Assembly: GCF_028435265.1 (NCBI RefSeq)
Contig: NZ_JAGTJK010000012.1
Location: 38,900-102,899 of the forward strand
DNA length: 64,000 bases
Reading direction: 5' to 3'
Source of the DNA: Polyangium jinanense
Lineage (GTDB): Bacteria; Myxococcota_A; Polyangia; Polyangiales; Polyangiaceae
Shown here: piece after piece, positions 47,434 through 57,075 of the stretch
How the letters are laid out: the number at the start of each line of letters is the position of its first letter
Position numbering within the stretch: the first letter of the stretch is position 1
The notes under the pieces: generated by a model
The model's input: the letters and a program-made list of their open reading frames with translations, nothing else
The model's database searches: none
What the model was told of the DNA's origin: nothing
Translations under genes and position numbers: made by a program

Positions 47434-48531
47434 TCAGCGCGTCTCGCCGATCGTGCCGACCTGGAAGGGCCGTTTGCCCTTGGGCCAGCGGAGCTTCAGG
47501 AATTTCTCGCCGCCCTCGAACGTGATCTTCGCGCGGAGATCCGTGCCCTCGACGTAAGGCACGAGCAGCTTGCTCACGCCTTCCTCGGTGCTCGCTTTCG
47601 TCTGGGTTTGTCTGCGTCCCTTTTCGATGTCGAGGCCGGTGATCTTCACCTTGCCCTCGCAACGCATCCAGAACCAGCTCTCCAGGACCTTCGTCTTGCA
47701 CCCGACCGCGCCCGAGCCCGTCACGAGCACCTCTTTTTCGGCAGCGAACGCCTCGTCCGCGGGCGCGGCGGAGATTCCCTCGACGTCGGGCAGGATCTTC
47801 GCGTCCTCCTCGGCCTGCGCCTTCGCGGCGGCCTCGGCTTTCGCGGCGGCTTCCGCCTTCGCGGCGGCGGCCATTTCCTCGCAGCGCGAGGTGTCGCGCG
47901 CCTCGAACGAGGGCCACGCGCCGCCATTGAAGAGCCGATCTTCGAGGCCACTCGCGCTCTCCGGCAGCTCGATGGTGAACGTCTCGTCTTTGATCCATTC
48001 GGGGTGCTCGAAAGGCCGGTACGTGAAGGCGGGCTTGGCCTTCGTCCCCGGGCGGAGCGAGATGACCACGGCGTCCGACGATTCAAGATCCGCGGCGGAA
48101 ACCTCGTCGTCGGTCGCCATGCTGCCACCGCCGGGGAGCGCGCGATCGTACCGGCCGAGGTGCTTGTTGTTTTCGCGCCGGCCATTCTGCGGGCAGCCGA
48201 TCATCACCCACTCGCGGACCTCGATCATCTTGCACGCCTCGACGAGATCCCCTTCGTCGTGGCCCTCCCAGCCGAGCTTCGCGATTGGCGCCTGGCACCA
48301 TTCGATGGGCGTGGGGCGCGACGAGCGGACGATGTTCTTGGGCTTTTCGGACGCGGCCGCCGCGGTCGTCTCCGGCGCGGGCGCGGGCGCGGCTTCGCTC
48401 GGGGCGGGCGCGGCGACGGGCGTGGCGCTCGCGACGGCGGGCGCGGGGGGCGCCGGGTCTTTGCTGCAAGCCGCGAGAAGCAGGAGGGCCGCGGGGCCGA
48501 GGAGGCGAGGGGAGGAGGTCGCGCGTCGCAT
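47434..48531 (-). CDS. lipoprotein with an (AAKAE)n repeat, hypothetical
   Basis: Start MRRATSSPRLLGPAALLLLAAC (lipobox). It has a Pro/Ala linker and an AAKAEAAAKAEAAAKAQAEEDAK repeat encoded by 18-bp DNA repeats near 47800-47880. The longer ORF to 49230 is an Arg/His-rich artefact. Confidence 0.55.
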   Translation of the reverse strand: MRRATSSPRLLGPAALLLLAACSKDPAPPAPAVASATPVAAPAPSEAAPAPAPETTAAAASEKPKNIVRSSRPTPIEWCQAPIAKLGWEGHDEGDLVEACKMIEVREWVMIGCPQNGRRENNKHLGRYDRALPGGGSMATDDEVSAADLESSDAVVISLRPGTKAKPAFTYRPFEHPEWIKDETFTIELPESASGLEDRLFNGGAWPSFEARDTSRCEEMAAAAKAEAAAKAEAAAKAQAEEDAKILPDVEGISAAPADEAFAAEKEVLVTGSGAVGCKTKVLESWFWMRCEGKVKITGLDIEKGRRQTQTKASTEEGVSKLLVPYVEGTDLRAKITFEGGEKFLKLRWPKGKRPFQVGTIGETR

Positions 48532-48627
48532 GAGGGTGGGTATTGTCGCAGAGAGTTGGCGCGCGTGTCGAGGTGCGCAGATGGATGGTTCTCGGGCGTC
48601 GTGATCGAGCGTAATCTCGTCGGGCGA

Positions 48628-49638
48628 ATGAAAACGCATGAAGCTCGAATCGACGAGGCCCCGTGGCGCCCAGCGCGCGCGCTCGCGCATCCCGCGTGGT
48701 GGGTCGCGCTCGCCGTGCTCGCGGTGAACGATCACGTTTTGAAGGGCAGCAGCCTCGTCCCCGGGCTCGTGACGGGCAAGTTGAGCGACGCGGCAGGGCT
48801 GTTCCTCGCGCCCGCGCTGCTCGCGACGCTCGTCCGCGCGCGAAGGCGGCGCGCCGTGATCGGCTGTCACGTGGCCGTGGCCGTGGTGTTCGCGGCGCTC
48901 GAGCTCTCGGGAGGCCTCGCCGCGGCGTGGGACGCGGCGCTCGGCGCGCTCGGTTTGCCTTTCCAAACCTGGGCCGATCCGACGGATCTCTTCGCGCTTC
49001 CTTTCGTGGCGATCGGCTACCGGGTGCTCACGCCTTCGATGCGGGAGGTTCGAGCGGACAACCCGCGGCGTCCTCTGCGGCCGATCGAGCTCTTGGCGGC
49101 CGCCGTGGGGCTCGTGTTCTGCATGGCGACGTCGGTGGCGCGGCTCCATCAGGTGCGGCTGACGGGTCCGCGGGGCATGGTCCTCGCGGATGTGTTCGTG
49201 CACGTGCCTTCCGAGGAGCCGGAGATGCACGTGATGCTACGACGCCCGAAGGCCCCGCTCGATTGTGATGCCCTGCTTGCGGATCCGAGCCGGCTCCGGC
49301 CGGAAACGTTCGACGAGAAGCTCGCCGGCGTCGGGGTCGTGTTCGCGGGGGAAAACCAGGCGATCGCGCCGTCGGAGAAGTGGGGCGTCGAGCCCGAGCA
49401 GCGTTGCAACGCGGCGATGATCCGTGCGGAGAAGAGCGCGGTCTTCTCGTCGGCCGAGCTACCGTGGACCTATGTCCTCTGGGAGACGGGAAAGATTCCA
49501 ATGCGGCCGATCCCCGCGACCCCCGAGAAAGGCGAGGCGCTGCCGGACGGGGCGCTCGTGCTGCGCGTGAAAAAGGGCGAGATCGAGCTCCGTCCGCAGG
49601 GACCGATATGGGTACGACGCGCGGACGGAGCTCGCTAG
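48628..49638 (+). CDS. integral membrane protein, hypothetical
   Basis: Start MKTHEARIDEAPW. There are 5-6 hydrophobic helices and then a soluble C-terminal domain. The 5' roughly 1 kb of the track ORF 47608..49638 is antisense to the lipoprotein gene and was discarded. Confidence 0.5.
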   Translation: MKTHEARIDEAPWRPARALAHPAWWVALAVLAVNDHVLKGSSLVPGLVTGKLSDAAGLFLAPALLATLVRARRRRAVIGCHVAVAVVFAALELSGGLAAAWDAALGALGLPFQTWADPTDLFALPFVAIGYRVLTPSMREVRADNPRRPLRPIELLAAAVGLVFCMATSVARLHQVRLTGPRGMVLADVFVHVPSEEPEMHVMLRRPKAPLDCDALLADPSRLRPETFDEKLAGVGVVFAGENQAIAPSEKWGVEPEQRCNAAMIRAEKSAVFSSAELPWTYVLWETGKIPMRPIPATPEKGEALPDGALVLRVKKGEIELRPQGPIWVRRADGAR

Positions 49639-49642
49639 AGGG

Positions 49643-50272
49643 TCAAACCGATCCGTACATCGCGGCGAACGCCGCAGCTTCGCCCCGCAGCAGAATGTCG
49701 ATGCGCGAGCTCGTGTTCGCGGAGGTGTGCAGCTTGCCATTGCGCACGTCGAGCACGGCGGGCACGTATTCGGGATGGCCCTCGCAGAGACCTCGTGAAA
49801 GAAGCGCGAGGATCACCGCGGTGCGGCGCGGCGTGAGCGGCTCGCTGCGGAAATAGAGCTTGATCAGGTGCGGTTTGCCCGAGATGACGAGCCCGAGCTC
49901 GGGGTTCACGTCGATCTCGAGCGCGCCGAGCGAGAGGCCCGCGCGCGCGGGCTCGAAGAAATTCATCGGGCCCTCGGCGAGGAACGCGCGATATCCGGCG
50001 ACCACGAGCGGATAATGCTTCTGCCGCTTCTCGTCGTCCTGCGCGCGCGCGACGTCCGAAAGCGTGGAGGCCGGCAGGCCGTTCTTGTGCATCTCGACGA
50101 TGGCTTCCCGGATCGGACGATAAAAGTCCGTGCTGAGCTCGTCCTTGCGCTCCTTGTACTCGCGCACGCCGGTGAGCTTGGGCGTCCCAGATTTCAGAAC
50201 GAAATCGACGAAGTACGTCAGCGAGACCTTGTCCATCGGATCCTCCTGGGCCGCGGAGGCGCTCTCGGCCAT
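49643..50272 (-). CDS. hypothetical protein
   Basis: ATG at 50272 (MAESASAAQEDPMDKV). An alternative start is MDKV at 50236, which has an AGGAGGA RBS. No domain recognised. Confidence 0.5.
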   Translation of the reverse strand: MAESASAAQEDPMDKVSLTYFVDFVLKSGTPKLTGVREYKERKDELSTDFYRPIREAIVEMHKNGLPASTLSDVARAQDDEKRQKHYPLVVAGYRAFLAEGPMNFFEPARAGLSLGALEIDVNPELGLVISGKPHLIKLYFRSEPLTPRRTAVILALLSRGLCEGHPEYVPAVLDVRNGKLHTSANTSSRIDILLRGEAAAFAAMYGSV

Positions 50273-50391
50273 CACCGTCGCGCGCCGTCCGTGTCGTTTC
50301 CAGATGATAACACGGAACCTCCGTCCGTCACGGTTTTTCATCTTATGCCGTGATGAACAATGTCCGGGCCGTTTCGAGGACGAAAAATGTC

Positions 50392-52797
50392 CTACCGATT
50401 GTCCTTGTCGAACTCGGGGTAGAGCAGGTGGGGCTTGCGGCGCTCCGAAAAAGCCTTGAGATCCTGCTCGTAGAGCGCGACGAGCTTCGGGAGGTTGTCG
50501 CCGCGGACGAGCGCCTCGTGGACGCGGGCGCTGCCGAGCAGGGTGAGGACGCCGGAAGGTTTCCATTCCTCGGGAGAAAGCCTGCGCAAAGCGATCGCAA
50601 TCGCGAGGCCCACGCGGACGGGCTCGATCTTCGCGGGATCGGTGACGTCGAGGGCGACGCCTTCGCACGGCACGCCGGCGTGGGTGCTCGACGTGGGGGT
50701 GAAGCGGACGGGCGAGAATCGCACGCCGGGGAGGCCGAAGCGCGAGAGCTCGGCGGCGAGGCGCGGGCCGGAGAGGAAGGGCGCGCCCACGCGCTCGAAG
50801 GGCTTTTCGGTGCCGCGCCCGACGCTGACGTTCGTCAATTCGAGCAGGCCCACGCCGGGATAGAGCAGGGCCTCGGTGACGCTGCGCAGATTGGGCGAGG
50901 GGTGGATCCAAGGGAGGCCAGTCTTGTCGAAGCGGAAGGAACGATCCCAGCCTTCGAGGGGCACGACGTGGAGATCGGCGCCGAGCTTCTTTTCGCCGTC
51001 GAAGAGCCGCGCGAGCTCGCCGACGGTCATGCCGTGACGCACGGGAATCGAATGGTACGCGACGAACGACGCGCGGCCGGGATCGACGAGCGGGCCCTCC
51101 ACGACGATTCCGCCGAGCGGATTCGGCCGATCGAGCACGACGAAGCGGATGCGGCGTTTCGCGGCCTCTTCGAGCGCATACCCCATCGTGCTGATGTACG
51201 TGTAAAACCGGGTCCCCGCGTCCTGCACGTCGAAGACGAGGGTGTCGATGCCGGCGAGCATGGCGTCCGTGGGGCGGCGATCGGTGCCGTAGAGGCTATG
51301 GATGGGCAATCCCGTGCGGGCGTCTTTTCCGCCGGGGACGAGGGCATCCTTGTCGGCGCCGAGGCCGTGCTCGGGGCTGAAGATGGCTTTGAGCTCGAAC
51401 GATTTCGAGGCGGCGAGGACGTCGATCGTGCGCTCGCCGCGCGCGTCCTTGCCCGTGTGATTCGTGATGAGGCCGATCTTGCGCCCGGCGAGGACACCTG
51501 CGCCGCGCGCTTCGAGGACATCGATGCCGACGCGGACGCGGGCGACGGGCGGGCTTTGGGGGATCACGGCCGCGGCATTCGCGACGTCGCGGCGCAGGCG
51601 CGTGGCGTCGCCTTTGCCGTCCGGATGGAGGCGGCTCGCGAGCAGGACGACGGCGTCGCCGCGGCGGACGTCGAGCCAGAAGGCCGTGCCCGTGAAGCCG
51701 GTATGCCCGACCCCGCCGAAGAGCGAGCCGAGGGCGAGGCTGCGGGAGGAAGGTTTGTCAGGGCTGCCTTCGGGGAGCGGCAAAGGCTCGAGCTCGGTCA
51801 TGGCGCGGACCGAGGTCTCCGCGAGGATCCGGCGTCCGTCGAATTCGCCGCCGCCGAGGAGCATCCGGACGAACCGGCCGAGGTCGTCGGCGGTGGAGAA
51901 GAGCCCCGCATGCCCGGCCACGCCGCCGAGGGCGCGGGCGCGCGGGTCGTGGACCTCGCCGAGGAGCAGTTTGTCCGCGACGCGCTCGGTGGGCGCGGCA
52001 CGCGCGCCGAGCCGAGGTTCGGGGCGGAAGGTGGTGTCCTTCATGCCGAGGGGCTCGAAGAGGTTTTTCCGGGCGAACTCGTCGAGGGGCTCGCCCGAAG
52101 CGCGACGGACGATTTCGGCGAGGAGGATATAGCCGAGGTCGCTGTAGACGTAGACCTCGCCGGGAGGGTGGAGGAGCTTGGTTTTCTGGATGCGGGCGAG
52201 GGCGCGGGCTTCGCCGTCGGCGTACGAGGTGATCGCGTCGCCGGCGGGGAGGCCGGAGGTGTGGAGCAGGAGGTGGCGGATGGTGATGCGTTCGCGATCG
52301 TCGCCGGTGAAATCGGGGAGCCATTTCTGCGCGGGGTCGTCGAGGCGCAGGGATTTTCGCTCGGCGAGGAGGAGGATGGAGCTCGCCGTGGCAATGGGCT
52401 TGGTGAGGCTGGCGAGGTCGAAGACGGTATCCGGGGCCATCGGCGAGGGGGAAGGTTCTTTCGCGCGGAGGCCGTAGGCTTTGTGGAGGACGACGTGGCG
52501 CGCTTTGACGACGAGGAGAACGGCGCCCGGGACTTCGCCGCGATCAATGGCGCCGCGGATGGCTGCGTCGAGGCGGGCTTCGGCGTCGGGGGGGAAGGTG
52601 GGGAGGGCGGGGGCGGAGGCGGGAAGGGTGGCGGATGCGGTTGCGGGAGCGGAAGCGGATGCGGATGCGGATGCGGTTGCGGATGCGGTTGCGGTTGTGG
52701 CCGTTCGGTTCTCGTCGGGGCGCGGAGGCTCCGCGCAGGCGGCGCACAGGGCGAGCGCGAGGGGGAGAGCTTCGAGGTTTCGCGCCGCGCTACCCAT
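50392..52797 (-). CDS. secreted serine hydrolase (class C beta-lactamase/PBP fold) fused to a DUF1343 (NamZ-like exo-muramidase) domain
   Basis: Signal/lipobox ALALCAAC, then a (TASA)n linker. The SxxK motif FDLASLTKP and the YSD triad-like sequence are present. The C-terminal 380 aa match the DUF1343 pattern (GIDVLE…GLITNHTG…HSLYG). Confidence 0.8.
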   Translation of the reverse strand: MGSAARNLEALPLALALCAACAEPPRPDENRTATTATASATASASASASAPATASATLPASAPALPTFPPDAEARLDAAIRGAIDRGEVPGAVLLVVKARHVVLHKAYGLRAKEPSPSPMAPDTVFDLASLTKPIATASSILLLAERKSLRLDDPAQKWLPDFTGDDRERITIRHLLLHTSGLPAGDAITSYADGEARALARIQKTKLLHPPGEVYVYSDLGYILLAEIVRRASGEPLDEFARKNLFEPLGMKDTTFRPEPRLGARAAPTERVADKLLLGEVHDPRARALGGVAGHAGLFSTADDLGRFVRMLLGGGEFDGRRILAETSVRAMTELEPLPLPEGSPDKPSSRSLALGSLFGGVGHTGFTGTAFWLDVRRGDAVVLLASRLHPDGKGDATRLRRDVANAAAVIPQSPPVARVRVGIDVLEARGAGVLAGRKIGLITNHTGKDARGERTIDVLAASKSFELKAIFSPEHGLGADKDALVPGGKDARTGLPIHSLYGTDRRPTDAMLAGIDTLVFDVQDAGTRFYTYISTMGYALEEAAKRRIRFVVLDRPNPLGGIVVEGPLVDPGRASFVAYHSIPVRHGMTVGELARLFDGEKKLGADLHVVPLEGWDRSFRFDKTGLPWIHPSPNLRSVTEALLYPGVGLLELTNVSVGRGTEKPFERVGAPFLSGPRLAAELSRFGLPGVRFSPVRFTPTSSTHAGVPCEGVALDVTDPAKIEPVRVGLAIAIALRRLSPEEWKPSGVLTLLGSARVHEALVRGDNLPKLVALYEQDLKAFSERRKPHLLYPEFDKDNR
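52606..52710. repeat. hexanucleotide microsatellite (gcggat/gcggtt/gcggaa)n encoding the TATASATASASASASA linker
   Basis: Seen in the sequence inside the 5' end of the beta-lactamase gene. Confidence 0.8.
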
Positions 52798-52847
52798 GTT
52801 CGGATGTTAGCATGTGCTCCCGCCTCGGTTATCCTCGCGAACACACC

Positions 52848-54398
52848 ATGCCGATCCCTCCTCGCACGCTCCTCCTCCCCCGACGCCATTTCCTTCTCGG
52901 CTCCCTCTCCGCCCTCGCGCTTCCCTCCTGCGCCGGGCAGTGTGGCTCGCCCGGCGTGGTGACGCCCGAGGCCGCGCGGCCGACGATTCCGTTTGGCGTG
53001 CAGACCGGCGATCCCACGGCCTCGGGCGTCGTGCTCTGGAGCAAGACGGATCGGCCGGCGCGGCTTTTCGTGGAATGGGGGACCGACGAGCGGCTCAGCG
53101 ATGCGAGGAAGCTCGAAGGGCCCGTGGCCACGGCGGAGAACGATTTCACGGCGCGCGTGGAGCTCACGGGGTTGCCGGCCGGGAAACGGATCCATTACCG
53201 CGTGGTCTTCGAGGCGGACGACGCGGGGCACGCGCGGAGCGAGCCCGCCGTGGGGTCGCTCCGCGCGCCGCCAGGGCCGGGGGAGGATGTGAAGATCGTT
53301 TGGTCGGGGGATACGGCGGGGCAAGGGTTCGGGATCGACGTGGATCGCGGCGGGATGAAGACGTACGCGTCGATCGCGCGGCTCGCGCCGGATCTGTTCA
53401 TTCATTCGGGGGACAGGATCTACGCGGACAATCCCTTGCCGGAGGAGATCAAGCTGGACGATGGGTCCGTCTGGAAAAACCTCGTGACACCGGCGAAGTC
53501 GAAGGTGGCCGAGACGCTGGAGGAGTTCCGGGGGAATTTCGCGTACAACTTCCTCGACGAGCACGTGCGGCGGCTGCACGCGGCCGTGCCGACCATCGTG
53601 CAATGGGACGATCACGAGGTGCGCAACAACTGGTTCCCGGGGCAGGTCCTTTCGGATCCGCGGTACAAGGAGCGGCGGGCGTCGGTGCTCGCGGCGTTCG
53701 CGAAGCAGGCCATGTTCGAGTATGCGCCGATGCGGCAAGGGCCGGTTCATCGGGTGCTGTCGTACGGGCCGCGCGTGGATGTTTTCGTGCTCGATGCGCG
53801 GACCTTTCGGGGATCGAATGGACCGAATCGCGAGGAGAAGGAGCCCGCCGTCATCCTCGGGCAAGAGCAGATCGCGTGGCTGAAGGAGGCGCTCGCGCGG
53901 TCCGTGGCGACGTGGAAGATCATCGCCTGCGATCAGCCGATCGGGCTCGTGATTCCGGATGGACCCACGGCGCAGGAAGGGTTCGCGAACGGGGAGGGGC
54001 CGCCGCTCGGGCGGGAGCTGGAGATTGCTTCGATTCTGTCGTTTCTACAGGAGAAACGTATCCGGAACGTCCTGTGGATCACGGCGGACGTGCATTACGC
54101 AGCGGCGCACCATTATGATCCTTCGCGGGCGAAGTTCGCGAAGTTCGATCCGTTCTGGGAGCTCGTCGCCGGGCCGTTGCACGCAGGCACGTTCGGGCCA
54201 GCGCCGCTCGACGAGACGTTCGGGCCCGAGGTAAAATTTCAGAATCGAAAGCAGGGGGATCCGCCGGTCGGGCCTGCCGGGGGAAAACAGTCGTTCGGGG
54301 TGCTCGCGATCGACGGGAAAAGCGGGCAGCTCCGCGCGTCGCTGCACGATGGAGACGGCAGCGAGATGTGGGGCGTGGAGATCGAGGCGGTGAGCTGA
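52848..54398 (+). CDS. phoD: PhoD-family alkaline phosphatase/phosphodiesterase with a Tat signal
   Basis: Twin-arginine signal PRRHFLLGS, followed by the PhoD N-terminal domain and a metallophos core (GDTAGQG, HSGDRIYAD, WDDHEV). Confidence 0.85.
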   Translation: MPIPPRTLLLPRRHFLLGSLSALALPSCAGQCGSPGVVTPEAARPTIPFGVQTGDPTASGVVLWSKTDRPARLFVEWGTDERLSDARKLEGPVATAENDFTARVELTGLPAGKRIHYRVVFEADDAGHARSEPAVGSLRAPPGPGEDVKIVWSGDTAGQGFGIDVDRGGMKTYASIARLAPDLFIHSGDRIYADNPLPEEIKLDDGSVWKNLVTPAKSKVAETLEEFRGNFAYNFLDEHVRRLHAAVPTIVQWDDHEVRNNWFPGQVLSDPRYKERRASVLAAFAKQAMFEYAPMRQGPVHRVLSYGPRVDVFVLDARTFRGSNGPNREEKEPAVILGQEQIAWLKEALARSVATWKIIACDQPIGLVIPDGPTAQEGFANGEGPPLGRELEIASILSFLQEKRIRNVLWITADVHYAAAHHYDPSRAKFAKFDPFWELVAGPLHAGTFGPAPLDETFGPEVKFQNRKQGDPPVGPAGGKQSFGVLAIDGKSGQLRASLHDGDGSEMWGVEIEAVS

Positions 54399-54410
54399 TT
54401 CTCGGGTTCT

Positions 54411-55397
54411 CTAAAGCGCCTTCCACCCGAACGTGACCGCGCCTTGCGGCAAGCGCGGCGGGTCGAGGGCGAGGATGTAATCGACGCGGCGGTTCTTCGC
54501 CTCGGCGACCTCGTCCCCCGTCTTGACGATCGGGCTGTGCTCGCCGAACCCTTCCCACGCGACCGGGATCTTCAGGCCGCGGCCGCGGAACCAGGCGGCG
54601 ATCGCGCGCGCGCGCTTGCGCGAGAGCGTGAGGTTGTGCTCGGGGCTGCCCACCGTGTCGGTGTGGCCCGCGATGAAGAGCGAAATGCCCTTCAAATCCT
54701 GGTGTTTCGTGAGCGCGGCCTTGACCTTGTCGAGGCTCGCTTCGAGCTTCGGCACCTCGGAGTCGCGGATCTTGTCCGAGTCGGTCTCGAAGTTGACCTC
54801 CTCGTGGTCGATCTTCACGTTCCACGGCGTGATCGCCACGCCGACGTAGTTGCCCTCGGTGTCGTGACCCCAGACCTCGATGCGCGACACCGTTTCGGCA
54901 CGGATCGGGCTCCAGTCGATCGCGAGCACCGTGCCCGGCGCCGCGCCGTCAAACGCCTTCGCCGCGTTCGCGAGGATCTTGCCGGATTCGCCGATGACCT
55001 GGAGCTCGACCTTGCAAGCCGCATGCGTGAGCTTGACCTCGAGCTTGTGGCCTTCGAGGTCGACGCGTGCTCGATCCACGCTGATCTCGAGCTTCTTTTT
55101 CGGGCCCGCAGCCGCGCCGGCCTTGGGCTGGCACGTGATCGACGGCGCCTTCGGGGCCTCCGCGAGCTCCGCCGGGGCGGGTTTGTCCGGGGTAGGTTCG
55201 GCCTTCGCCTCCTCGGGCGGAGGCGGCTTCGGGGCCTCGTCCGTGGGCGACGGCGCAGGGGGCGTGGAGGACGTGGCCTCGGCGGTGGGGGCCTCGGTCG
55301 GGGTTTCGGGGTTCGTCTGGGCGCCCGCGCCGCCGCAGCCGCAGGCGAGCGCCAGCAGCAAAAGGGGCGCGATCGACGAGGTTCGGAAGATCGCCAT
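54411..55397 (-). CDS. OmpA-family lipoprotein
   Basis: Lipobox LLLALACGC. A Pro-rich linker leads to the C-terminal OmpA domain (GHTDTVGSPEHNLTLSRKRARAIAAWF). Confidence 0.8.
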   Translation of the reverse strand: MAIFRTSSIAPLLLLALACGCGGAGAQTNPETPTEAPTAEATSSTPPAPSPTDEAPKPPPPEEAKAEPTPDKPAPAELAEAPKAPSITCQPKAGAAAGPKKKLEISVDRARVDLEGHKLEVKLTHAACKVELQVIGESGKILANAAKAFDGAAPGTVLAIDWSPIRAETVSRIEVWGHDTEGNYVGVAITPWNVKIDHEEVNFETDSDKIRDSEVPKLEASLDKVKAALTKHQDLKGISLFIAGHTDTVGSPEHNLTLSRKRARAIAAWFRGRGLKIPVAWEGFGEHSPIVKTGDEVAEAKNRRVDYILALDPPRLPQGAVTFGWKAL

Positions 55398-55462
55398 GGA
55401 GAACGTCTACCAAAACCCGGAGGGCGACTCCAGGCTTTCGTGACCGTCCCCGGCGGCGCGGA

Positions 55463-56314
55463 TCACTTGGGCCAGCGGACGTCGAGGACGACGCGGCGGC
55501 CATTGCGGAAGAGCTCGAAGACGGCGCCGCCCTTTTCGCGGGAGGACGCGTAGCCGCTCAGCGCGCGGTCGGGGTTATCGATGCCGAATCCATTGATGGA
55601 GACGAGGACGTCGCCCGGCTGGACGCCCGCGAGGGATTCGATCGCGTCGGGGCCGAGGCGCGAGTAGCGCACACCGACGGTCTTTCCGCCCTGCTGGACG
55701 GGGCTGATGCGCGTGCGGAGGTCGTTGCCGCCGTCGAAGACGTTCTTGCCGAGGTTCGTCCGGACGAGGAAGATGTCGAGGCCCGCCTCGCGGAGCTTCT
55801 GGACCCGCGCGACCAAGGCGTCCGGATCGTGGACCTCGGGGCGGAGCGCGGCGAGCACGCTCGGGAGGGCCGGGACGTTCGTGTCGTCGAAGGAGGTCTC
55901 TTCGCGCGGCGGGGGCGGGGCGGGGAGCGCGGCGGTTTGCTTGGGCGGCGCGTGCGTCTTGGGTTTGCCCCTGGACTTCGCGCGGTGCTGTTCGGCGAGG
56001 AACGACCCGAGCATGGCGAGGTGCTGGCTCGTTTCGACGACGACGAGCGTATTGAACGACAGAATGCCCACGGAGAGGACGGCGAGCGCGACGGGCAGCC
56101 AGCGCAGGACCGCCGTCGCGCGTCGCGGGGCGGGTTTTTCGGCGCTCGCGCGCGCGACGACGCGGCAAGCTTTGCGGAGGCAAGGGTCGCAGGCTTCGGC
56201 GCCCGCGCCGCTGGGGACGAACGGCTCTTCGCAAAGCGCGCAGATGTGTGCTTGCTCGACGTGAGGACCAGCGCAAGTGGGGCACGAGGGGGTGCGGTAA
56301 GGCTCGGACGACAT
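55463..56314 (-). CDS. zinc-ribbon / single-TM / C-terminal PDZ-domain protein (GspC-like architecture)
   Basis: I chose the start MSSEPYRTPSC. It carries CPTC…CALC and CDPC Cys pairs, the TM helix WLPVALAVLSVGILSF, and a PDZ-like end (GVQPGDVLVSINGFGIDN). Confidence 0.55.
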   Translation of the reverse strand: MSSEPYRTPSCPTCAGPHVEQAHICALCEEPFVPSGAGAEACDPCLRKACRVVARASAEKPAPRRATAVLRWLPVALAVLSVGILSFNTLVVVETSQHLAMLGSFLAEQHRAKSRGKPKTHAPPKQTAALPAPPPPREETSFDDTNVPALPSVLAALRPEVHDPDALVARVQKLREAGLDIFLVRTNLGKNVFDGGNDLRTRISPVQQGGKTVGVRYSRLGPDAIESLAGVQPGDVLVSINGFGIDNPDRALSGYASSREKGGAVFELFRNGRRVVLDVRWPK

Positions 56315-56526
56315 GGAGCGGGGGGATATCAAGTTCGATGCCAGGCCGGGACGAGCGCGTTTTGCAGAGAGAACACACGTCCGGTGCGTCAGGATCGCGA
56401 CAATCCGGCGCGAGACGCGGCGGCGCGCTGCCAAAATGACAAGCGTTTCTGGAGCGGCAGGATTCCGACCGTGGAGGGCGTTTCGACGGAATTGACGCGT
56501 TCTGCCCCGCGCGGTAGTCGTTCGGG

Positions 56527-56949
56527 ATGGAGCTTCTCCCGGTCGACAAGGCCGAAACCACGACGACGGCGCGAGCGACGATGCGGGTGTGGCGGCCCGC
56601 ACGGCGGGTGCTGGTGACGCGGGTGACGGGTTACCTCGACGATCAGTGCGCGACGTTGATCGAGGCGGTGGCGCGCAGGGTCGCCGCCGAGGAGGGGCGC
56701 GTCATGGGCTTTCACGACTGGGAGGAGATGACCGACTACGACGCGCGGGCCCGCGCGCGGCTGACCGAGATGGCGCGCGACATGGGGAAAGGGAACGAGG
56801 GGGCCCATTTCCTCGTGCGGTCGAAGCTCGTGGCGCTCGGCATCCAGGCGGCGAGCGTGGTGATGTCGGGCGTGCGCGTGCACCATACCCGCGCGGACTT
56901 CGAGGCCGCGCTGCGCGAATGCATCCAGCAGCGAAGCCGCCCGGCGTGA
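56527..56949 (+). CDS. hypothetical protein (140 aa)
   Basis: A clean ORF with no recognisable domain. Its stop TGA at 56947-49 is in frame with the downstream DnaJ-CTD gene. Confidence 0.4.
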   Translation: MELLPVDKAETTTTARATMRVWRPARRVLVTRVTGYLDDQCATLIEAVARRVAAEEGRVMGFHDWEEMTDYDARARARLTEMARDMGKGNEGAHFLVRSKLVALGIQAASVVMSGVRVHHTRADFEAALRECIQQRSRPA

Positions 56950-57075
56950 GCTGCGCAAAGGCGTCGTGAGCCGATATGGGGGCGGAGGACGGCAAAAAAG
57001 GGAGGTCTCGAGGGCTTCGGGCCGCTCGAGGATCAATTCCAGGCGATCTTCGATGATTTCTTCCGCCGCCCGGCG

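Noticed and set aside
50350-53864. 870-aa plus-strand ORF over the beta-lactamase/DUF1343 gene, and 607-aa minus-strand ORF over phoD
   Set aside because: They are antisense to genes with SxxK/DUF1343 and Tat/PhoD signatures respectively, and the content is Arg/Gly/Glu junk.
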